DNA of 64,000 nt from an uncultured Verrucomicrobiae bacterium (lineage in GTDB: Bacteria > Verrucomicrobiota > Verrucomicrobiia > Limisphaerales > UBA11358), in assembly GCA_963806905.1 (NCBI GenBank), contig CAWEAA010000006.1, forward strand, positions 13,640 through 77,639, given 5' to 3'. Below the pieces are notes generated by a model. That model searched no databases. It saw nothing but the letters and a program-made list of their open reading frames with translations, and was not told the origin of the DNA. The stretch's first letter is position 1; the number at the start of each line of letters is the position of its first letter. The position numbers were made by a program, and so were the translations under genes. Positions 34,086-43,056 of the stretch are shown here, in pieces.

Positions 34086-35860
34086 GCTTTGTTTTCAAAG
34101 AGGCTCGGCGCCGTTGCGCGCGCCAGGGTTTGGCAGCGGGCCAGAGTTTCCGTGGGCGATTCAGATTGGAGCGCAAACGCGGCCAGTTCGCGGGCTTCAT
34201 TCAACTTCAGCCGGCGGATCATGTATTTGACCGGGGCAATGCCGGTGGGTGCGGTGCTCAATTCATCCACGCCCAGGCCAATCAACAGCGACGCAAGGAC
34301 GGGATCCCCCGCCATTTCGCCGCAAACGGCGGCGCGGATGCCACCTTGGTGTGCGGCATCCACGGTCATTTTGATCAGCCGGATGATCGCCGGATGCGTC
34401 GGCTCGTAAAGATGCGAAACCTTTTCGTTCGTGCGGTCGGCGGCCAGCGTGTATTGGATGAGGTCGTTGCTGCCGATGCTGAAGAACTGCGTGCGGGCCG
34501 CCAGCGCGCCGGCGATGAGCACGGCGGACGGAATTTCGATCATCACACCGATTTCCATTTTTTCGTCAAAGGACTTCCCTTCCACGCGCAATTCGGCCTT
34601 GTATTTTTCGACGAGGGCATTGGCCTGGTTCAATTCGTCCATGCCGGAGATCATGGGATACATCATTTTCACGTTGCCCTCGGCGCTGGCGCGCAGAATG
34701 GCGCGAAGCTGGGCGCGGAACAATTCCGGCTGCGCGAGGCAAAACCGGATCGCCCGCCAGCCCAGAAACGGGTTGATCTCCTGCGCCAGTTGCAGGTGCG
34801 AGGCGAACTTGTCGCCGCCCAGGTCGAGGGTGCGGATGACGACGGGATGCGGCTTTAATGCGGCGGCAACCTGCCGGTAAGCCTGGTATTGCTCCTCCTC
34901 AGTCGGCAGCTTGTCGCGGTTGATGAAGAGAAATTCGGTGCGGAACAGGCCGACGCCATCCGCCCCATGCGCCAGCACGGCCGCGATGTCGCCGGGCGCC
35001 TCGATGTTGGCGGAAAGGTGGATGGATTTTCCGTCCAGCGTGACGGCGGGCTGGTGCTCGATTTCGTGAAGTTTTTCCTCGAGCGAAGCCTTGCGCTTCA
35101 AAAGCTGGCCGTACTCAAAAAGCGTCTGGTCCGTCGGATTGACGATGACGACGCCATTGTAACCATCGAGCAGCGCGTAATCGCCGCTGTTCAATTCCTG
35201 GCTGATGTTCTGCAGGCCGACCACGGCCGGAATGCCCAGTGACCGCGCCATGATGGCCGTGTGCGATGTCTTGCCGCCGATGTCCGTCGCAAAACCCAGC
35301 ACCAGTTTTTTGTCCAGTTGCGCGGTCGTGGACGGACTCAAATCATGGCTGATCAAAATGCACGGTTCGGCGAGCTGATGCAGGCCGAACTGGTCCTTGG
35401 CCTCCAGCAGATTATCCAGCACGCGCGCCGTCAGATCGCGCAGGTCGGCGGTGCGTTCACGGAGATATTCGTCGTTCGCGCCCGCCAGCGCCTCGGTGTA
35501 ACGCTCGGCGACGGCATGAAAAGCGTGGTCGGCATTGACCTTTTGATCGCGGACCAGGCGGATGACTTCGTTCACCAGCACCTGGTCTTCCAGCATCAGC
35601 AGGTGCGCGTCGAATATGTCCGCGTCCGCCGCGCTCAAGTCTTTCAACACCCTGCGCTGCACCTCCAGAATTTGCTGGCGGGTCTGGACCAGGGCCTGTT
35701 CAAAGCGGCTGACTTCGCCGGCGATTTCGTTTTCGGCCAGCTCGCGCCGGGCGATGACGTGGCTGGTGCGATGCAAAACGAGAATGTTCCCGCGGCAAAC
35801 GCCGGCGGAAACGGCGATGCCGCGAAATGTTCGTTCTCCTTTTTGCTGCCGCTCGGCCAT
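34082..35860 (-). CDS. ptsI: Phosphoenolpyruvate-protein phosphotransferase (PTS enzyme I)
   Basis: 592 aa. Phospho-histidine region GGKTSHTAIMARSLGIPAVVG and a C-terminal PEP-utilising domain. Confidence 0.9.
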   Translation of the reverse strand: MAERQQKGERTFRGIAVSAGVCRGNILVLHRTSHVIARRELAENEIAGEVSRFEQALVQTRQQILEVQRRVLKDLSAADADIFDAHLLMLEDQVLVNEVIRLVRDQKVNADHAFHAVAERYTEALAGANDEYLRERTADLRDLTARVLDNLLEAKDQFGLHQLAEPCILISHDLSPSTTAQLDKKLVLGFATDIGGKTSHTAIMARSLGIPAVVGLQNISQELNSGDYALLDGYNGVVIVNPTDQTLFEYGQLLKRKASLEEKLHEIEHQPAVTLDGKSIHLSANIEAPGDIAAVLAHGADGVGLFRTEFLFINRDKLPTEEEQYQAYRQVAAALKPHPVVIRTLDLGGDKFASHLQLAQEINPFLGWRAIRFCLAQPELFRAQLRAILRASAEGNVKMMYPMISGMDELNQANALVEKYKAELRVEGKSFDEKMEIGVMIEIPSAVLIAGALAARTQFFSIGSNDLIQYTLAADRTNEKVSHLYEPTHPAIIRLIKMTVDAAHQGGIRAAVCGEMAGDPVLASLLIGLGVDELSTAPTGIAPVKYMIRRLKLNEARELAAFALQSESPTETLARCQTLARATAPSLFENKA

Positions 35861-35916
35861 ACCCGAGGAATAACCAAAACCGCGGGGGTTGAAAAGTAAT
35901 TACCGCCGTAAATTAA

Positions 35917-35940
35917 GAAAACCCGCGCAGGCGGGCTTTT
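35917..35940 (-). terminator. Candidate terminator after efp
   Basis: On the minus strand, gcccgc-ctgc-gcgggt is followed by TTTCTTAATTT. It lies 35 nt after the efp stop. Confidence 0.5.
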
Positions 35941-35974
35941 ACTCTACATTCGAAATTTGAATCCAAAATTTCCG

Positions 35975-36532
35975 TCAGGCGCGTTCCATGTATTTGCCCG
36001 TGCGTGTGTCCACTTTGATTTTCTCGCCGGTCTTGATGAACAACGGCACTTGAACCGTAATGCCGGTTTCGAGCGTCACCGGCTTTTGCACGTTGTTCGA
36101 TGAATCGCCGCGAATGCCTTCCGGCGCATCCGACACCGTCAACGCCACACTTGCCGGCAATTCGATGGTCACGGCCTTTTCTTCGACAAACGTCACCGTC
36201 ACCTGGCCGTTCTCCACCAGAAAATTCTTCGTGTCACCGACCAATTCCGCCGCGAGCGTGACCGTTTCGTAAGTTTCCGGGTCGGTGAAAACGTAGTCCG
36301 CGCCGTCCTTGTAGCTGTATTCCATTTTCTTGGTGATCATCGGCACCGGCTCGATGCTCTCGGTGGAACTGAACCGCACGTCGGACGATTTGCCGGTGCG
36401 GATGCTGCGGAGCGTGGCCTGCACGAAGGCCCGCAGGTTGCCTGGCGTGCGGTGTTGCATGTCCAGCACCACGCTGATGTCGCCGTTGTAATTGATCGCC
36501 ATGCCGCGGCGGAGATCGTTTGCTGTCGCCAT
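35975..36532 (-). CDS. efp: Elongation factor P
   Basis: 185 aa with a typical EF-P N-terminus (ATANDLRRGMAINYNGD) and three OB-like domains. Confidence 0.93.
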   Translation of the reverse strand: MATANDLRRGMAINYNGDISVVLDMQHRTPGNLRAFVQATLRSIRTGKSSDVRFSSTESIEPVPMITKKMEYSYKDGADYVFTDPETYETVTLAAELVGDTKNFLVENGQVTVTFVEEKAVTIELPASVALTVSDAPEGIRGDSSNNVQKPVTLETGITVQVPLFIKTGEKIKVDTRTGKYMERA

Positions 36533-36729
36533 AAATTCAAAAAATCAGTCGTTCAAGATGGTGTTTCCCGCAAAACGGGAGCGGTGGAGCATAATCAAAA
36601 ATTACTCGAATGCAAGACGGTTTTGGAAGAATGAAGGTATTCCCCGGGATGGATACTTCTTCTGGCCAAGCCTTGACACCCCCAGGTTTTGTATGTTACA
36701 AACGCGTGACCACAATTAGCTGTGGCTTT

Positions 36730-37185
36730 ATGCGCTGCCCAAAGTGCGGTTGTCAGGACGACAAGGTCATTGATTCGCGCGCCTCGCGTGAAGGGGCTAC
36801 GATTCGCCGTCGCCGCCAATGTGCCAAATGCGCTCATCGGTTCACAACTTACGAGGAGATTGAACGCGAAGGATTGATGGTGCTCAAGCGCGACGGGCGG
36901 CGGGAGGAGTTTTCGCGCGAGAAACTTTTGTCCGGCGTCAAGAAAGCCTGCCAAAAACGCCCCATCAGCCCGAAGGCGATGGAAGATTTGGTGGACCACA
37001 TCGTCGCTGTCGTGACTGACGAATACGAAAACGAGGTGCCGGCCGAGTTCGTCGGCAAAATGGTCATGGACGGCCTGCGCAAACTTGACGAGGTCGCCTA
37101 TGTCCGGTTTGCCAGCGTCTATCGCCGGTTTCAGGAAGCCACCGACTTTGTGCACGAGGTCAAAAAACTGGAGGCCCGGCAATGA
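36730..37185 (+). CDS. nrdR: Transcriptional repressor NrdR
   Basis: 151 aa from the ATG at 36730 (ORF open from 36610). Zinc ribbon MRCPKCG..CAKCAHRFTTYE and an ATP-cone domain. Confidence 0.92.
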   Translation: MRCPKCGCQDDKVIDSRASREGATIRRRRQCAKCAHRFTTYEEIEREGLMVLKRDGRREEFSREKLLSGVKKACQKRPISPKAMEDLVDHIVAVVTDEYENEVPAEFVGKMVMDGLRKLDEVAYVRFASVYRRFQEATDFVHEVKKLEARQ

Positions 37186-37748
37186 TCGCCCTGATGTCCG
37201 ATTGTTTGCTCTTCCGGCTCGCCAGCGGCGAAAGTGTTCCGTTTTCGGCGGAAATGATTTCCGTCGAACTCGTCGGCGACGCGGCGGGCAAATTCGATCC
37301 TGAAATCCTGCATCACGCCACGGCCTCCGTTTTTCATTATTTCAAAAATGAACTGGGCCGCGAGACCGTCACCGTGGGTGAATTTGCCGAGGCGTTGGAG
37401 AAGGTGCTGCGCGGCCTGGGGTTCAACGTCTCTTCCGAAGAGACCGCACCACCTCGGCGCGGGCGCCGGGGGATTGTCGAGGCCGATTTGCTGATGCTCG
37501 CGCGCGAATCCGGCGAAAGCCGCGAGTTGTTTTTCTTTCCGCGGCTGCGGGGCGAACTGCGCGCACAACTGCGCCACATACCGCGCCTCGTGCGCTTTCG
37601 CGGCCTGCGCGGTTGCGTCAAGCAACTGGCCGGTGCGCGCCGCTGGAGTTTGCGTTGCGAAAGATTGGAGGAACAAATCGTCGAATACCTCCGCGGATGC
37701 CTGGGTGCCGAACCGGAGCAGGCCGACTGCGCGCTGGTGGTGGAATGA
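37182..37748 (+). CDS. Hypothetical protein co-transcribed with nrdR
   Basis: 188 aa with ATGA overlap on the nrdR stop. No recognisable motif. Confidence 0.5.
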   Translation: MIALMSDCLLFRLASGESVPFSAEMISVELVGDAAGKFDPEILHHATASVFHYFKNELGRETVTVGEFAEALEKVLRGLGFNVSSEETAPPRRGRRGIVEADLLMLARESGESRELFFFPRLRGELRAQLRHIPRLVRFRGLRGCVKQLAGARRWSLRCERLEEQIVEYLRGCLGAEPEQADCALVVE

Positions 37749-37755
37749 AATGAGC

Positions 37756-37831
37756 AACCACGAAATACACGAAATACACGAATAACAAATCAGGAAGAAA
37801 AATTTCGTGTCATTTCGTGTGTTTCGTGGTT
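37756..37831. repeat. cacgaaata-unit hairpin repeat
   Basis: Left arm is aaccacgaaatacacgaaatacacgaa and right arm is ttcgtgtcatttcgtgtgtttcgtggtt (1 mismatch and 1 indel). 21-nt loop. Confidence 0.88.
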
Positions 37832-37841
37832 CAAAAAGACT

Positions 37842-38186
37842 ATGAGCAAAACACTTTTTGAAAAAATCATCGCGCGCGAGATTCCGGCGACCATCGTTTA
37901 TGAAGACGATCTGGTCTTCGCGCTGCGCGACATCAATCCCCAGGCGCCCAAGCACGTTTTGATCATTCCCCGGAAACCCATCCCGCGCATCGCCGAGGCC
38001 GGGCCGGAAGACCACAAGGTCCTCGGCCATCTTTTGCTGAAGGCCGCCGAGGTCGCGGACAAATTGGGACTGAAGGAAAGCGGCTACCGGATCGTTATTA
38101 ACAACGGCCCCGACGCTGGCGAAGCCGTGCCGCACCTGCATGTTCACATCCTTGGTGGACGCCACATGGCCTGGCCGCCGGGGTAA
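37842..38186 (+). CDS. HIT-family nucleotide hydrolase/transferase
   Basis: 114 aa with the histidine triad HLHVHILGG. Confidence 0.9.
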   Translation: MSKTLFEKIIAREIPATIVYEDDLVFALRDINPQAPKHVLIIPRKPIPRIAEAGPEDHKVLGHLLLKAAEVADKLGLKESGYRIVINNGPDAGEAVPHLHVHILGGRHMAWPPG

Positions 38187-38187
38187 A

Positions 38188-38748
38188 TTGTGCTGGCCGC
38201 AAAGTTGGGCATGTTTGAAACCGCGCATTCACATCATTGGCGGTCCCGGCAGCGGCAAGTCTTATATTACCGCGAAACTTGCGGAGCGTTTCGGCGTTCC
38301 TGCCCACGACCTCGATGATCTCTTTTGGGATCGCGCGGCTCTTGGTTACGGCATTCGCGCCAATGCCGCGGATCGCGATCGGCAGCTTGCAACCATCGTT
38401 TCCAAAGATGGTTGGATCATTGAGAGTGTTTATTACCAGTGGCTGGCCCCAAGCTTTGTCGCGGCAGACGTTGTCATCGTACTGACACCTTCGGTCTGGA
38501 CTCGACACTGGCGGGTGGTCAGACGTTTTATTTTACGCAGACTCGGAACAATTCCATCCAAACACGAGTCACTCGCCGATCTCTGGCGCTTACTTCGTTG
38601 GAGTCATGCTTACGACACGGACAACCTTGCTCAGGCGCGCAAGTTCGTAACAGAGCGGGGACGTAAGCTTGTTGAGTGCAAAACATTCAGCCATGTGCTA
38701 GCAGCAACCAAAAACCTGACCGTGACTAAACCGCTTTCTTCGTTCTAA
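38188..38748 (+). CDS. P-loop NTPase (adenylate-kinase/FlaR-like)
   Basis: Walker A IIGGPGSGKS. There is no in-frame ATG after the HIT stop, so I chose the TTG at 38188 or 38215; the start is uncertain. Confidence 0.65.
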   Translation: MCWPQSWACLKPRIHIIGGPGSGKSYITAKLAERFGVPAHDLDDLFWDRAALGYGIRANAADRDRQLATIVSKDGWIIESVYYQWLAPSFVAADVVIVLTPSVWTRHWRVVRRFILRRLGTIPSKHESLADLWRLLRWSHAYDTDNLAQARKFVTERGRKLVECKTFSHVLAATKNLTVTKPLSSF

Positions 38749-40102
38749 GAATTTTTTGTAACACCTGGCCTAGCCGCTTGATGCCTTCGCGGATGTCATT
38801 CTCGCTCGCGCTGCCGAAGCTGATGCGCATTTCGTTGACCGGTTTTGCACGCGACGGATCGTCGGCGTAGCAAAGTTCGCCCGGCACGTAGAGCACGTCG
38901 TTTTTCAACGCCGTCTGGAAAACTTTTGATTTCACGCCTGTCGAAATGTTTTTCGGCAAGCGCGCCCAGAAATAAAGTCCGCCTGCCGGCTCCCACCATT
39001 CGACGGATGGCGGGAAATGTGTTTCAAGTGCCAGCTTCATCACGCGCGCTTTGTGCGCGTAACGCTTTCGCAGCCGCGCGACCTGTTTTTTGTAAGCACC
39101 CGACGCCAGTACGCGAACAAAAAGCTGCTGCAACAAATTCGCCGTGCCGAAATCGTGATTGCCCTTGATATGCCGTATGGCCGTGAACAGCGGTTCCGGC
39201 AGGACGCCGTAACCCACCCGCGCGCCGGTCGCAAACGGCTTGGTGAAAGTGCCCGCGTAAATTACGCGCCCCGCCGCACCGGGAACCGCGAGGGTCGAAG
39301 GTGGCATGGCAGGGACGCGCTGCTGCGCGTCCAGGCTGACCGGCAGGCCAGCCCTACCGGGAAAGTACAATTCGCGATAGGCTGCGTCTTCGAGCAGATA
39401 AATGGGATGTCCCGCCGCGCGTTCGAATTTTCTCAGCAATTTCAGAAGGCCGCGCTTTTTCTCAAAGCTGGTTGTGACGCCGGTCGGATTTTGGAAATAG
39501 CTGACGAGGTAAAACATTTTGACCCGGCGCAAATCCCCGGAACGTTTGAGCGATTGCAGGACCTTTTCGAGATGCATCAGATCCAGTCCGTTGCGTTCAA
39601 GGCGAATGCCGCGCGCACGCAGGCCGCAGCTTTGCAGGATGCTGAGATAAACGAAATAGGTCGGGTCTTCGACGAGCACGATGTCATCTTCGTCGCACAA
39701 GGCCTCGGCGGTCATGTAAAGCAGTTGCTGCGAACCGCTGGTGATGAGCAGGCGTTCGGGTGAATAATTTTCGGGAGGGACGGCGTGCCGCCGTCCCTGA
39801 TTTTTGGGACGCCGACACGGCGTCCCTCCCCAATCAAGTTTCTGGAGATGCTCCGCCGTCAGCCGGCGCAGTTCAGGGTCCCCGGCGGTTGAACCGTATT
39901 GCAACGCGGGCCGGCCGGTTTTAAGCGAACGCAGGATGTGATTCAGTGCCGCTCGGGTTTCAGCGACGGGCAACGAAGGATTGTCAGTGAAGCCGGCGGC
40001 CAGCGAAATGAGCCTGGCCCGCGCCAGCGCCGCCTGCATGAGCCACGAGATGGGCGATTCGCCGGTGCGCTGACCCATTTGGGACAAGCCGGAGTTTCTC
40101 AT
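38726..40102 (-). CDS. PLP-dependent aminotransferase (class I/II)
   Basis: About 458 aa. The ATG at 40102 is preferred over 40114, which lies inside a repeat. Aminotransferase fold blocks are present. Two in-frame palindromic inserts. Confidence 0.8.
   Translation of the reverse strand: MRNSGLSQMGQRTGESPISWLMQAALARARLISLAAGFTDNPSLPVAETRAALNHILRSLKTGRPALQYGSTAGDPELRRLTAEHLQKLDWGGTPCRRPKNQGRRHAVPPENYSPERLLITSGSQQLLYMTAEALCDEDDIVLVEDPTYFVYLSILQSCGLRARGIRLERNGLDLMHLEKVLQSLKRSGDLRRVKMFYLVSYFQNPTGVTTSFEKKRGLLKLLRKFERAAGHPIYLLEDAAYRELYFPGRAGLPVSLDAQQRVPAMPPSTLAVPGAAGRVIYAGTFTKPFATGARVGYGVLPEPLFTAIRHIKGNHDFGTANLLQQLFVRVLASGAYKKQVARLRKRYAHKARVMKLALETHFPPSVEWWEPAGGLYFWARLPKNISTGVKSKVFQTALKNDVLYVPGELCYADDPSRAKPVNEMRISFGSASENDIREGIKRLGQVLQKILRTKKAV
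39308..39358. repeat. GTAGGG...CCCTAC-family element in frame in the aminotransferase (copy 1)
   Basis: The reverse complement is ggtagggctggcctgccggtcagcctggacgcgcagcagcgcgtccctgcc (51 nt). Translated GRAGLPVSLDAQQRVPA. Confidence 0.85.
39773..39831. repeat. Related two-hairpin GC-rich element in frame in the aminotransferase (copy 2)
   Basis: Sequence is gggaggg-[gggacggcg tgc cgccgtccc]-tgattttt-[gggacgcc gaca cggcgtccc]-tcccc. Translated GGTPCRRPKNQGRRHAVPP. Confidence 0.85.
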
Positions 40103-40108
40103 TCGGTT

Positions 40109-40200
40109 AAACATTCAACATTCAACGCCGAACGTCGAACATTCAATTTATTTTGCAGCGCACATTCGATGTTGAATGTTGAGCGTTGAATGTTCGGTGT
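40109..40200. repeat. aacattc-heptad hairpin repeat (copy 2)
   Basis: Left arm is aaacattcaacattcaacgccgaacgtcgaacattcaat and right arm is cattcgatgttgaatgttgagcgttgaatgttcgg. 15-nt loop. Confidence 0.88.
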
Positions 40201-40206
40201 ATTCCC

Positions 40207-40887
40207 TCATTTTGCGCCGAAGACGCTGTCGAGGATGACTTCCTTGGTTTTCCAGATGAGCGCCATGGTCATGGCCAGGGGCAGCAGCGCGAAGAACGTC
40301 AACGCCCAGAAGCCGAGCCGGCTCAGCCAGTCGGAGAAGTTGCCGAGTGCCAGTTGCCACTGCGCAGAGTGAAGGAAAACGACGAAAGCCACGCCAAGAA
40401 ACAAAAGTCCGACGAGCAGCCAGCGGTTGAGCGCGGTGAAGAGGAGCGTTTCGTGCCGGAGCGTTTCGTCCGGCAGCATAGCGCCGAGCTGTTTGAGGAC
40501 GACATTCAGGTTGAACAAAAAAAGCAGCGCGGACAAAACGAGCACAAACACCGCCGCGTTGAAGAACGGTTCTTCCGGCATTTTATTCTGCCAGTAAAGA
40601 AACGGGCAAAGGCCGAAGTTGACGAGACCCAGGAGTTTTGCGCGGTCGAGGGCGTTGCGCCAGGGGCGTTCCTGTTTTTGGAAGTCGCTCATCTGCCAGA
40701 GGCCATAGAGCAGCAAACCGGTGCCGGCCAGTGCCGGGAGAAGGCCCAGCGGCTTGAGCCAGTCGGCCTTGGCGGTTTCGGCGCAAATGACCAACGACGC
40801 GGGCAGTCCCCAAAACAGCGCGGACAGACCGCGGGCAAGGCGTCCGAGTGAGCGGAGCAATTCGGCGTTGGGCGCGGGATTATCCAT
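40207..40887 (-). CDS. Hypothetical polytopic membrane protein
   Basis: ORF is open to 40947, but that extension runs through a hairpin repeat. The ATG at 40887 gives MDNPAPNAELL. About six TM helices. Confidence 0.55.
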   Translation of the reverse strand: MDNPAPNAELLRSLGRLARGLSALFWGLPASLVICAETAKADWLKPLGLLPALAGTGLLLYGLWQMSDFQKQERPWRNALDRAKLLGLVNFGLCPFLYWQNKMPEEPFFNAAVFVLVLSALLFLFNLNVVLKQLGAMLPDETLRHETLLFTALNRWLLVGLLFLGVAFVVFLHSAQWQLALGNFSDWLSRLGFWALTFFALLPLAMTMALIWKTKEVILDSVFGAK

Positions 40888-40907
40888 TAAAGCGAAAATC
40901 AAGGATA

Positions 40908-40958
40908 GAGGATGGAGAATGGCATTTGCAAGCGGCGGAGTTTCCATTCTCCATCCTC
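40908..40958. repeat. Perfect 15-bp-stem hairpin downstream of speA
   Basis: Stem-loop gaggatggagaatgg-(21 nt)-ccattctccatcctc. On the minus strand a T-rich stretch follows, so it may be the speA terminator. Confidence 0.85.
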
Positions 40959-40975
40959 AATCTTCCATTCTCGTT

Positions 40976-42916
40976 TCAAAAACTCAAATAGGTGTAGGCC
41001 TTCAACCCGCGCTCGTAATCATCCAGCAGGCGCATCGCTTCGGACGGCTTCATGCGGTCGGATTTGATGGCCTCGTCCATTTGCGCCTTCATCTGCCGCT
41101 TCAGTTCATTTTCGTCGTATTGCACGGCCGCGAGCGACTGGATAATGGTGTTGCCCTCAATGATTTCCTCGATGTAATAGCCGGTCGGTTCGTCGGGTTC
41201 GAGAAAGACGTGAACCTCGTTGACGCGGCCGAACAAATTGTGCAGGTCGCCCATGATGTCCTGGTAGGCGCCCATCAGGAAGAAGCCGAGGTAGTACGGC
41301 TCCGGCTGGCCGTTGCCGTTGGTGTTGAGCTTGTGCAATGGCAGCGTGTCGCGCACATCGCGCAGGTCAATGAACTTGCTGACCTGGCCGTCGGAATCGC
41401 AGGTGATGTCCACAAGCGTGCCTTCGCGCGTGGGCCGCTCGTTGAGGCGGGCAATCGGCATTATGGGAAATAACTGGTCGAGCGCCCAGTGGTCGAGCAG
41501 CGATTGAAAGACGGAGAAATTGCAGAGGTATTGATCGCTGAGGCTGTCCTCGAGCTTGCGGATTTCCTCGGGCACGTAGGCGTGGCCCTTGTAGTGTTCG
41601 ACCACCGCGCGGCTGATCTGCCAGTAAAGGTCCTCAATCTTCGCCTTGTCGGGCAAATCCAGCACGCCGAGCGTAAACATGTGCTGCGCGTCCTCGCGGC
41701 GTTCGAGCGCGTCGTGATAAGCCTCGAGCCGGTTGAGCTTGGCGAGGTTTTTCCGGATGTCGAGCAGCTCGTTGACGAGCGGATGCTCTTTTTCGCCGAA
41801 TTTCAAAAATTCGCCGGGCCGGATTTTTTCAATCGCGCCGAACACCTCGACAATCAGCACGCTGTGATGCGCGACGATGGCGCGTCCGCTTTCGCTGATG
41901 ATGTCCGGGTGCGGGACGTTTTCGGCGTTGCACACGTCGGCGATGTAATAGACCACGTCATTGGTGTATTCCTGCAGCGTGTAATTCGTCGAGCTGTCAA
42001 ACGCCGACCGGCTGCCGTCGTAATCCACGCCCAGCCCGCCGCCGACGTCGAGGTAGGAAATGGGGAAACCCATTTTGTGCAGCTTGGCGTAAAGGCGCGC
42101 GGCTTCCTGCACCGCCTTTTTCACCGTCAGAATGTCCGGCACCTGCGAGCCAACGTGGAAATGCAGCAGCTTGAAACAGTGGCCGAGATTTTCCGCCTTC
42201 AACATCTCCGTCGCTTCCAGCAGTTCGGCCGTGCTCAGGCCGAACTTTGCGTTTTCGCCGCCGCTGCTGGCCCAGCGGCCCGCGCCCCGGCTCACCAACC
42301 GCGCGCGGATGCCGAGCAACGGTTCGACATTGAGCTGTTTGGAAATCGCAATGATATGCCGCAACTCCTCCAGTTTCTCGACGACCAGGATGATCGTTTT
42401 GCCCAATTTGATGCCGAGCATGGCCATCTTGATGAACTCGGCGTCCTTGTAACCATTGCAAACAATCAGGCTGCCGATTTGATTTTGCAGCGCCAGGCCG
42501 GCGAGCAGTTCCGGTTTACTGCCGACTTCGAGGCCGAAATCAAACGGCTTGCCCGCGTCGAGAATTTCCTCCACCACCTCGCGGAGCTGGTTCACCTTGA
42601 TCGGGAACACACCGCGGTAACGGCCCCGGTAGCCGTATTCCGCAATCGCACTCCGAAAGGACTGGTTCAGCGCCTCGACCCGGTGGCGCAAAATGTCCTG
42701 GAACCGGATGAGCAGCGGAAATTTCAACCCGCGGCCTTTCGCTTCCTCGATGACGTCCGTGATGTCCACCGCCACGCCCGCGTCCTGAAGCGGCTTGGCG
42801 ACGACGTGGCCCTCGTCGTTGATGTCAAAATACTTCGCGCCCCAGCGATGAATGTTATAAAGGTTGCGTGCCGCTTCGATGTCCCACGGTCGCGCCGCCT
42901 CGGTTGAATTGCTCAT
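40976..42916 (-). CDS. speA: Biosynthetic arginine decarboxylase
   Basis: About 646 aa from the ATG at 42916 (TTG at 42928 is possible). N-terminal WDIEAARNLYNIHRWGAKYF and PLP-binding barrel blocks typical of SpeA. Confidence 0.92.
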   Translation of the reverse strand: MSNSTEAARPWDIEAARNLYNIHRWGAKYFDINDEGHVVAKPLQDAGVAVDITDVIEEAKGRGLKFPLLIRFQDILRHRVEALNQSFRSAIAEYGYRGRYRGVFPIKVNQLREVVEEILDAGKPFDFGLEVGSKPELLAGLALQNQIGSLIVCNGYKDAEFIKMAMLGIKLGKTIILVVEKLEELRHIIAISKQLNVEPLLGIRARLVSRGAGRWASSGGENAKFGLSTAELLEATEMLKAENLGHCFKLLHFHVGSQVPDILTVKKAVQEAARLYAKLHKMGFPISYLDVGGGLGVDYDGSRSAFDSSTNYTLQEYTNDVVYYIADVCNAENVPHPDIISESGRAIVAHHSVLIVEVFGAIEKIRPGEFLKFGEKEHPLVNELLDIRKNLAKLNRLEAYHDALERREDAQHMFTLGVLDLPDKAKIEDLYWQISRAVVEHYKGHAYVPEEIRKLEDSLSDQYLCNFSVFQSLLDHWALDQLFPIMPIARLNERPTREGTLVDITCDSDGQVSKFIDLRDVRDTLPLHKLNTNGNGQPEPYYLGFFLMGAYQDIMGDLHNLFGRVNEVHVFLEPDEPTGYYIEEIIEGNTIIQSLAAVQYDENELKRQMKAQMDEAIKSDRMKPSEAMRLLDDYERGLKAYTYLSF

Positions 42917-43056
42917 CTCATGTATCAAATCGACCGAACTATAAAACGCTGCACAAGGAAATCAACAGACAGAATGAAAAATTTTCGCGCCGACGCGCCG
43001 GACAAAAGTTCAACACGCCGCTTTACAGGCTCGCGCGCGGGGACTAAAGTCGTTTC

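Noticed and set aside
40888-40947. 20-codon N-terminal extension of the membrane protein ORF (start at 40947)
   Set aside because: The extension is encoded by the gaggatggagaatgg hairpin (ILHPLSLIF pseudo-peptide). The ATG at 40887 downstream of the repeat is the more plausible start.
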